This document shows, piece by piece, positions 1 to 4,979 of a DNA stretch of 5,109 bases. The notes below the pieces were generated by a model. That model worked only from the letters and a program-made list of their open reading frames with translations, made no database searches and was not told where the DNA came from. Source of the stretch: a virus. The stretch is taken from UHGV virus genome UHGV-0223000, one strand, 5' to 3'. Made by a program: the position numbers and the translations under genes. Position 1 is the first letter of the stretch. Every line of letters begins with the position of its first letter.

Positions 1-765
1 AGATGTTGATTTGTTTTTATGTAAAGTTTGTGTCCACTGACCATTGACCATGCCATTGCTTATAGTCGTAGTGTCAGCAATGGCGCCGTCGCACTTATTA
101 TAGCGACGTGCTCCTGTATTTTTTGTGTCTATTTGCTCAAAAGTATCATATGAAGTAATAACTGATTTCATACCATGTGAAATTGTTGTTTCTATTAATG
201 GTGCTATATATTCATTATCAATTTGAGACCAAGTCATCTGCTCCGCATCCTTTAAATGTTTTATTAGAATAGGGTAACCAAAAATCGAAATCATATTGCA
301 ATCAATTTGATACCTACAATAACGTCGTAAAGTAATATTAATTTCTAGCCACTCCTGTGCAGTTGTTATAAAAATAATTCTTCTTTTTCTCATCTGTGAT
401 AGAAAGTCCAAAACATCTGTATTCATTTTAGAGGTTTTAGTAAGAGCCGTAAAAATCTCATCAAATACTATTATGCAGTCGTGTTCATCACGTAATTTTA
501 ATAATTCATCAAAACCACTAAAATAAGTATATTCTATACCTTGAATTGACTTTATATTCGAAAATATTTTGCAATCAGAATTATTTAAAAGAAATTCAAC
601 AACAGAATATGTTTTCCCTTTTCCCTGTTTTCCACAATAACAATAAACTCCGTAAGGTTTAGCGTCTTTAAAGAAACCTCTTCGAAAAAAAGTTTTCCAC
701 TTTATTTTTACTTTTCTAAAATAGATTAAAAAGACTGCTAAAAAACATAATAATAAAATTTTCAT
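1..765 (-). CDS. Zot/pI-like morphogenesis (assembly) ATPase, residues 1-255; continues across the circular junction into 5109..4969 (301 aa total)
   Basis: Hand translation from ATG at 765: MKILLLCFLAVFLIYFRKVKIKW...VYCYCGKQGKGKTYSVV...CIIVFDEIF...LSQMRKRRIIFITTAQ...LRRYC...SYDTFEQI. Shows an N-terminal hydrophobic anchor, Walker A GKQGKGKT (610-633), Walker B IIVFDE, the Q-RK/TAQ segment and the YDT motif typical of Zot-like proteins. AGAAAGGA-type RBS upstream. No stop before position 1. Confidence 0.93.
   Translation of the reverse strand, partial: MKILLLCFLAVFLIYFRKVKIKWKTFFRRGFFKDAKPYGVYCYCGKQGKGKTYSVVEFLLNNSDCKIFSNIKSIQGIEYTYFSGFDELLKLRDEHDCIIVFDEIFTALTKTSKMNTDVLDFLSQMRKRRIIFITTAQEWLEINITLRRYCRYQIDCNMISIFGYPILIKHLKDAEQMTWSQIDNEYIAPLIETTISHGMKSVITSYDTFEQIDTKNTGARRYNKCDGAIADTTTISNGMVNGQWTQTLHKNKSTS
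38..108 (-). other. Putative double-strand origin (dso) of rolling-circle replication, pMV158-family type
   Basis: Perfect 9-bp stem GCCATTGCT (52-60) / AGCAATGGC (76-84). The minus-strand loop GACACTACGACTATA contains ACTACGAC, resembling the pMV158-family nick motif TACTACG^AC. Adjacent second hairpin CGTCGC (87-92) / GCGACG (103-108) and tandem TGACCAT repeats (38-51). Locally GC-rich and matches the Rep family. Confidence 0.72.
154..174 (-). repeat. 21-bp dispersed direct repeat, copy 1 (copy 2 at 3775-3795)
   Basis: AGTAATAACTGATTTCATACC vs AGTGATAACTGATTTCATACC: 20/21 identical, both encoding GMKSVIT in frame. Confidence 0.8.
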
Positions 766-782
766 CTTTTCTTTTTCCTTTC

Positions 783-858
783 TACTTTTTAAAAAAAGTA
801 TGCAAAAATTTTCCACTATACCCGTGGTGGGTGTATACAAACAAAAAAATGTTTGTAT
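783..858. other. Hairpin cluster in the main intergenic region (candidate packaging signal / single-strand origin / terminator)
   Basis: Inverted repeats TACTTTTT/AAAAAGTA (783-800), CCAC-TATACCC-GTGG (813-827) and ATACAAACA-AAAAAA-TGTTTGTAT (835-858) lie in a non-coding gap (766-951). Function is inferred only. Confidence 0.4.
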
Positions 859-951
859 TATTTAATAAGTATAAAGACATAAAGGAAAAAATAATTTTCT
901 CGACATAATCGCTTCGCTTTTATTTCAATTCCTTATTTATTCCTTTATTGT

Positions 952-1251
952 CTATGCTTTCAACTTGTTATACCAACTTATACATAATTTTACAACGTAA
1001 AATAGGATAGGAGCAGTAAGTTTAACGCCATAATACATAACAATAAAACTTATCGCAGTAGAGGGAATACCTAACGCACTTATACACCAACCAATTGACG
1101 AAAAAGCAACATTTAAAAATGATGAAACAGAAGCCAACGCTTGAGACAAGTCGGGTAAAAATGTTTCTATTAATGTGTCAATAGGCGAAAGTAATAAATT
1201 AACTAGATTAATTATAAAACTAAAAACTGCATTTAAAATTGTATCTATCAT
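952..1251 (-). CDS. pVI-like hydrophobic minor virion protein (99 aa)
   Basis: Mostly hydrophobic/amphipathic, ~100 aa, basic C-terminus. Located between the large pIII-like gene and the pI-like ATPase, as in inoviruses. ATGA overlap with the upstream stop (1248-1251) and GAGGT RBS upstream. Confidence 0.8.
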   Translation of the reverse strand: MIDTILNAVFSFIINLVNLLLSPIDTLIETFLPDLSQALASVSSFLNVAFSSIGWCISALGIPSTAISFIVMYYGVKLTAPILFYVVKLCISWYNKLKA

Positions 1252-2927
1252 AAGTCCATCACCTCAATTTTATCGTCGTCAGGGTCTTTAAAGCCTTTTA
1301 CTAAAGCATATATACGAACACATACCCAGTAGCCAGTTATACCAATAATAATTGTTTTATATAAATTATATACTGCCGACGCCTTACTTTCATATATAGG
1401 TGTAAGACAGGGTAAACTGATAGACTGATTTTTACTAAATGGAATAGGAACAAATAAAGCAGTACAAGAAGCAGAAGTTAAATTCTTAACAAAATTTAAC
1501 GGACTTGTAATAATACTACTTAACCCGTGGTCGTTAGTTTTAAAATCATCAAAAAGACCTTTACTAGGTTTTGCCTCATCAACTTTTGTTGTATTTTTAT
1601 TAGGTATATTTGTTATAGTAGTATGTTGCTCATTCCCGTCTTTATCAACATAGGTTATATCCTCTTTGGGTTGCGTATCATAATCTTCAACATAAAAATA
1701 ATTATATAAAGTAGGGTCATACCATATTGTGCCTTTATCATAATAAGTTGTAACGTTTCCGTCAGAGTCTGTATGTTGTGCTAAATTATCATTATAAAAC
1801 AATATAGCGCCTTTAAAATCATTTACATTTTTATATAAAGGTAAATAGTACGGATCAGCCGACGCTGGAAGAGGTAATTGTTCAACAGGATTAACAACAA
1901 CGTTCATAACTTGTAAATCAGAATATGCAGTATGAAAGTAACCTGTATACCAAAATTTAAAAAGATAACTTGTTTCCTTACATTTTCCATTAGGTACAAC
2001 AGTAACGTTTCCGTCAGAATCAGTATCAAACCTATCAACCGCCTTTGTACACTCGGTAGGGATATTTCTAAAATCTTTTGGGTACAATAAAACGGCGTAT
2101 TTATTAAACATATCAATTGTTTGATAATGTGAAGGTATATCAACCTTATCTGGGTTATAATAATCTTGTTTTAAGTCTTCGTGATAAAGATTATCAAATG
2201 ATTTATCCATTAATTTAAAATCATTATTTTTAAAGTCAAAATATCCGTCTAAACCATTATTTTTATAATATTTATATAAATAACCCATACCAGTAGGGGA
2301 AACAATATGATAAATATAAAAATCTTTATCATTAAAAGTATATTTTTCACGCTTAACAGAGTCCGAACCTGAAACTTGTAAATGTTTTTGATATAATGTA
2401 TCATACTTTGATTTCAAGTTAGGAGTAATAAGAGCAAGACTAGCACCATAAGAAGAAGCATTTTCCCAATTATTAGGTTCGGTTGCGGTCGAAATAAAGA
2501 AAGTGTAATATCCATTTTTTTCGTCCCATTGAATTTTAAAATTTTTATATTTTGAGTCAATATTCCTAAAAGAATAATAAATATAAACGTTTTCTGCTTT
2601 ATCGTAATAAGTAATATAATTTGATTTAGTAGAGCCCTCACGATTAAAATGAACTCTAACATTATTATTAAATGGTAATAAGTGGCTATTATATTCTGTA
2701 AATTTACTTGAAGAAAAATCATAACCACCATAATAAACAGAGCAAGATTTTCCAGTTGTCGACCAACCGAAAGTATTACCTGAACGTCCTGTCTGACATA
2801 AGGTAATATTTTGCTCATTGTTTAACTCATAAGCGTATGATAAATGAGGTTTAATAAGTATAACGCCAATTGTTATGCCAACACCTATTATAATTTTTTT
2901 TATAATATATTTTAAATCTTTTTTCAT
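1248..2927 (-). CDS. pIII-like receptor-binding/adsorption minor coat protein (559 aa)
   Basis: N-terminal signal-peptide-like segment (MKKDLKYIIKKIIIGVGITIGVILIKPHLSYA), long Tyr/Asn-rich ectodomain with Cys pairs, T/K/D-rich linker, and C-terminal TM (TIIIGITGYWVCVRIYALV). TAATG overlap with the upstream gene and GGAGG RBS. Synteny matches gene III. Confidence 0.8.
   Translation of the reverse strand: MKKDLKYIIKKIIIGVGITIGVILIKPHLSYAYELNNEQNITLCQTGRSGNTFGWSTTGKSCSVYYGGYDFSSSKFTEYNSHLLPFNNNVRVHFNREGSTKSNYITYYDKAENVYIYYSFRNIDSKYKNFKIQWDEKNGYYTFFISTATEPNNWENASSYGASLALITPNLKSKYDTLYQKHLQVSGSDSVKREKYTFNDKDFYIYHIVSPTGMGYLYKYYKNNGLDGYFDFKNNDFKLMDKSFDNLYHEDLKQDYYNPDKVDIPSHYQTIDMFNKYAVLLYPKDFRNIPTECTKAVDRFDTDSDGNVTVVPNGKCKETSYLFKFWYTGYFHTAYSDLQVMNVVVNPVEQLPLPASADPYYLPLYKNVNDFKGAILFYNDNLAQHTDSDGNVTTYYDKGTIWYDPTLYNYFYVEDYDTQPKEDITYVDKDGNEQHTTITNIPNKNTTKVDEAKPSKGLFDDFKTNDHGLSSIITSPLNFVKNLTSASCTALFVPIPFSKNQSISLPCLTPIYESKASAVYNLYKTIIIGITGYWVCVRIYALVKGFKDPDDDKIEVMDL
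1750..2026 (-). repeat. 25-bp direct repeat (1750-1774 and 2002-2026) encoding TDSDGNVT twice in the pIII-like protein
   Basis: GTAACGTTTCCGTCAGAgTCtGTAT vs GTAACGTTTCCGTCAGAaTCaGTAT: 23/25 identical, 252 bp (84 codons) apart, both mismatches synonymous. Confidence 0.85.
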
Positions 2928-3259
2928 TACCTAAACCTCCTAAAAAAACGTGTAAATAACTTTAAAGGTATCAATATACAAAATATAAATAATATTAAAA
3001 ATATTAATAAAATTTGTGCTATATCAGACCTATAATAAAAGTCGGTAGTAATATCATCACTACTAATACAGGTAGGGAGTAATTCAGTGCTTGTAAAAGT
3101 CTCATTACCTGTAACAGAATAATAATGTGAATTGTAAAAATAATCTGTATACGTATAATTCTCATCTGTAAGTTGGGGTCTATTGTCGTATACTCTAATA
3201 GTGGTATTATCTTTAACAATAGCACAATTATTAGTATCGTAATTAGGAACATATACCAT
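2927..3259 (-). CDS. 110-aa membrane-anchored protein, probable minor virion protein
   Basis: Soluble N-terminal domain with two Cys, a strong C-terminal TM (IAQILLIFLILFIFCILIPL) and a basic tail (TRFFRRFR). TAATG overlaps at both ends indicate translational coupling. Confidence 0.8.
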   Translation of the reverse strand: MVYVPNYDTNNCAIVKDNTTIRVYDNRPQLTDENYTYTDYFYNSHYYSVTGNETFTSTELLPTCISSDDITTDFYYRSDIAQILLIFLILFIFCILIPLKLFTRFFRRFR

Positions 3260-3372
3260 TAACTTTTACCAAAGAAGAAAGACCCCAAAAAATCAAAAAT
3301 AATATAAATGCCAATAAATGCTGGTAACATTTCAACTAATTGTACCAACAATTGACAAGCAATATCGAACAT
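3259..3372 (-). CDS. 37-aa hydrophobic peptide, pVII/pIX-like minor coat candidate
   Basis: Not in the ORF track. MFDIACQLLVQLVEMLPAFIGIYIIFDFLGSFFFGKS*, preceded by strong RBS AGAAAGGAG. Its TAA overlaps the next ATG (TAATG at 3261-3257). Confidence 0.82.
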   Translation of the reverse strand: MFDIACQLLVQLVEMLPAFIGIYIIFDFLGSFFFGKS

Positions 3373-3387
3373 AAAAAATTCTCCTTT

Positions 3388-3561
3388 CTAAATAACTTTA
3401 ATTTTTAAATTATCAATATCAACCATAGGTATTTGATAAAAATAAGTATCTTCCATATCTACAAAGCATAAGTTATTATCTTTAAATAGAACATATGGAG
3501 TAACAACCAAAACATTTGTTTCGTCATAATCAAATGATATTTTGTACAAAATATTTTTCAT
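3388..3561 (-). CDS. 57-aa hypothetical acidic protein
   Basis: Not in the ORF track. MKNILYKISFDYDETNVLVVTPYVLFKDNNLCFVDMEDTYFYQIPMVDIDNLKIKVI*, with RBS AGAAAGGA 8 nt upstream. Its TAG stop forms part of the next gene's RBS. It fills the gap between the terminator and the 37-aa ORF. Confidence 0.75.
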   Translation of the reverse strand: MKNILYKISFDYDETNVLVVTPYVLFKDNNLCFVDMEDTYFYQIPMVDIDNLKIKVI

Positions 3562-3578
3562 AAAATTTATCCTTTCTT

Positions 3579-3611
3579 ATAAAATAATAGAGTAGGGAAA
3601 AGCCTACTCTA
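3579..3611 (-). terminator. Intrinsic terminator downstream of the major coat gene
   Basis: Minus strand TAGAGTAGG-CTTTTC-CCTACTCTA (9-bp perfect stem, 3588-3611) followed by TTATTTTAT, starting 13 nt after the coat stop. Analogous to the terminator after gene VIII in Ff phages. Confidence 0.8.
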
Positions 3612-3624
3612 GATGATTGCATTA

Positions 3625-3822
3625 TTACATTCTTACTTTTGCTTTTCCAGCACCTTTAACAAGTTTTCTTAATGTATAGAAACCTAAAGCAACTGGAACA
3701 ATAACTGCTAAGAATGGTACAATATCAACAATTGTTGAGAAAAATGTGTCAGCAGTAAGACTTGTTGTTAATGCAGTGATAACTGATTTCATACCTGTAA
3801 CTGCTCCGTCTGTTAGAAACAT
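3625..3822 (-). CDS. Major coat protein (pVIII-like), 65 aa
   Basis: Amphipathic/acidic N-terminal half, single TM (IVPFLAVIVPVALGFYTL) and a basic DNA-facing tail (RKLVKGAGKAKVRM). Strong RBS AGAAAGGAG, tandem TAA TAA stops and a terminator downstream. Confidence 0.88.
   Translation of the reverse strand: MFLTDGAVTGMKSVITALTTSLTADTFFSTIVDIVPFLAVIVPVALGFYTLRKLVKGAGKAKVRM
3775..3795 (-). repeat. 21-bp dispersed direct repeat, copy 2 (copy 1 at 154-174)
   Basis: Lies in the major coat gene (GMKSVIT) and matches the ATPase gene segment at 20/21 positions. Confidence 0.8.
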
Positions 3823-3872
3823 ACGAAATTCTCCTTTCTATAGATTATTTATATTAACTTTACTACCTAAAA

Positions 3873-4025
3873 CTATTGTTCATTAATAGTAGGGTGTAGT
3901 AAACTTAATAACTTTGCTTCTGTGTTTGATAAATAAATGTTTTTGTCTAATTCTTCAACATATAATACATAATATGTTTTGCCCAATTTAGAAGTCATTT
4001 TCTTTACTTCTGCAGTTATTTTCAT
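3873..4025 (-). CDS. 50-aa protein, putative ssDNA-binding protein (pV positional analogue)
   Basis: Not in the ORF track. MKITAEVKKMTSKLGKTYYVLYVEELDKNIYLSNTEAKLLSLLHPTINEQ*, with RBS AGAAAGGAG. It is the first gene after the leftward promoter. The SKLGKTY beta-hairpin-like segment recalls the S..GK.Y motif of pV. The ORF is well supported; the function is inferred. Confidence 0.75.
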   Translation of the reverse strand: MKITAEVKKMTSKLGKTYYVLYVEELDKNIYLSNTEAKLLSLLHPTINEQ

Positions 4026-4048
4026 TTGTCAAACTCCTTTCTCTTTAC

Positions 4049-4119
4049 ACATTCAAATAAATGTGTTAAACTAATTGTAACATTTAAATGAATGTACGTC
4101 AATACATTTTTTTAAATGT
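4049..4119. promoter_or_regulatory. Three palindromic operators ACATT-N6-AATGT (4049-4064, 4080-4095, 4104-4119), probable XRE repressor sites
   Basis: The same dyad with identical 6-bp spacing occurs three times in the divergent intergenic region next to an HTH repressor gene. Confidence 0.75.
4074..4102 (-). promoter_or_regulatory. Sigma70/SigA promoter for the structural operon
   Basis: -35 TTGACG (4102-4097), 17-bp spacer, -10 TACAAT (4079-4074), upstream of the 50-aa ORF. Confidence 0.78.
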
Positions 4120-4148
4120 ATGATAATATTAAAGAAAGGAGTGTTAAT

Positions 4149-4460
4149 ATGAGACTTAAAGATTTACGAATTGATAGAGATTTATATCAAAAAGACATTG
4201 CTAAAATTTTAGGTATGACTCAACAACAATACTCTCTATATGAATTAAACGAAAGAGATTTACCTACTAATTGTTTAATAAAATTAGCAATGTATTACAA
4301 TACAAGTGTTGATTATATTTTAGGTGTAACGGACGAAAAAAAACCTTACACAAAAAGTAAGGTCATTTCGGATAATAATTATTGTGTCAACAAATGTAAA
4401 CTAGTAATGTCAAGTATTGACATTGCTTTTTTATACATATTTGTTATGTTCATCTATTAA
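4149..4460 (+). CDS. XRE-family (Cro/CI-type HTH) transcriptional repressor, 103 aa
   Basis: MRLKDLRIDRDLYQKDIAKILGMTQQQYSLYELNERDLPTNCLIKLAMYYNTSVDYILG is a canonical HTH_3 pattern. Start moved from 4116 to ATG 4149 because AGAAAGGAG lies just upstream. The 3' end overlaps the convergent rep by 30 bp. Confidence 0.92.
   Translation: MRLKDLRIDRDLYQKDIAKILGMTQQQYSLYELNERDLPTNCLIKLAMYYNTSVDYILGVTDEKKPYTKSKVISDNNYCVNKCKLVMSSIDIAFLYIFVMFIY
4365..4392 (+). other. dif-like 28-bp site (candidate attP for host Xer recombinases)
   Basis: ATTTCGGATAA-TAATTA-TTGTGTCAACA has the 11-6-11 layout. The left arm resembles XerC arms (ATTTCGTATAA of pdif sites; GGTGCGCATAA in E. coli). The right arm resembles XerD/RipX arms (TTATGTTAAAT; TTATGTAAACT in B. 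subtilis). Confidence 0.62.
4403..4432 (+). terminator. Terminator-like hairpin between the converging repressor and rep genes
   Basis: AGTAATGTCAA-GTA-TTGACATTGCT (11-bp stem with one G-U pair on plus-strand RNA) running into T6 at 4427-4432. It lies directly downstream of the rep stop on the other strand. Confidence 0.55.
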
Positions 4461-4979
4461 TTTAATAAAAGTGACTGCGGAACGTCTGTAAACGTCATAT
4501 AAACCAACAGAACATACATAAGTTATAAAGTCATTAAGACTTATATAATCAGGGTTAATGTTCAAATAGTCGAGTAGGTCAAGAACTTTTTCGCTTTCTG
4601 ATTTATCAGTATTATTCAAATATTGTGAAAGTTTTGTCTTTAAATCGCCGTGTACCTCTGATATATCATATTGTGCTTTATTTTCATCGTTAAAGTGAAT
4701 TAAATATTTTAATGAGTTTTCAAGATTTCTTGTTTTCTCCAGATAATTTGGAGTAATTTTCAATTCTTCGGCGATAGCGTTACGCCAACGATAATTATTA
4801 AACTTAATAACGACGTGACAATGTTCTTTTTTTAAAGAGCCGTCATCTAAAATATCCTTATCGTGGATAATGTAAGCGTATGAAAAATGTTGTATAATAT
4901 AATCGAGTGCTTTTTTGTGAGTCGGGTCTTCGTTAGGGTAAAGGACTAAACACCAGTTAAGAGAGCGCTCATTTTTCAT
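4431..4979 (-). CDS. rep: Rolling-circle replication initiator, HUH endonuclease of pMV158/Rep_2 type
   Basis: Motif 1 WCLVLYP, then IHDKD...KKEHCHVVI (HUH motif 2) and LKYLIH (catalytic Tyr, motif 3), matching the RepB pMV158-family pattern. ATG 4979 overlaps the ATPase stop. The alternative TTG start at 5000 cannot be excluded. Confidence 0.92.
   Translation of the reverse strand: MKNERSLNWCLVLYPNEDPTHKKALDYIIQHFSYAYIIHDKDILDDGSLKKEHCHVVIKFNNYRWRNAIAEELKITPNYLEKTRNLENSLKYLIHFNDENKAQYDISEVHGDLKTKLSQYLNNTDKSESEKVLDLLDYLNINPDYISLNDFITYVCSVGLYDVYRRSAVTFIKLIDEHNKYV

Noticed and set aside
660..665. TAGCGT (CS-6 motif of ssoA-type single-strand origins)
   Set aside because: A six-base match inside coding sequence with no surrounding hairpin, on the strand opposite to the predicted displaced strand.
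1..765. Interpretation as a zonula occludens toxin virulence gene
   Set aside because: Only the assembly ATPase domain is recognisable. There is no evidence for the Vibrio C-terminal enterotoxic domain.
898..908. XerD-arm-like TTATGTCGAGA on the minus strand (and TAGTGTCAATA at 5094-5104) as a second att arm for CTX-like fold-back integration
   Set aside because: No properly spaced XerC-like partner arm, and far from the dif-like site; likely chance.
1527..1709. 60-aa plus-strand ORF from the track
   Set aside because: Antisense shadow inside the pIII-like gene, with no RBS and no recognisable features.
1904..2143. 79-aa minus-strand alternative-frame ORF
   Set aside because: Fully nested in the 559-aa gene. 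Its Ile/Leu-rich composition is typical of an off-frame read of AT-rich codons, and it has no strong RBS.
2414..2818. 134-aa minus-strand alternative-frame ORF
   Set aside because: Nested off-frame ORF in the pIII-like gene with the same compositional artefact and no convincing RBS. Overprinting is not formally excluded.
3019..3252. 77-aa Ile-rich alternative-frame ORF
   Set aside because: Nested in the 110-aa gene, which has coupled TAATG junctions at both ends and is the better call.
4116..4148. Upstream ATG start for the repressor given by the ORF track
   Set aside because: It lies within an operator/promoter and has no RBS. ATG 4149 has AGAAAGGAG and begins the HTH domain.
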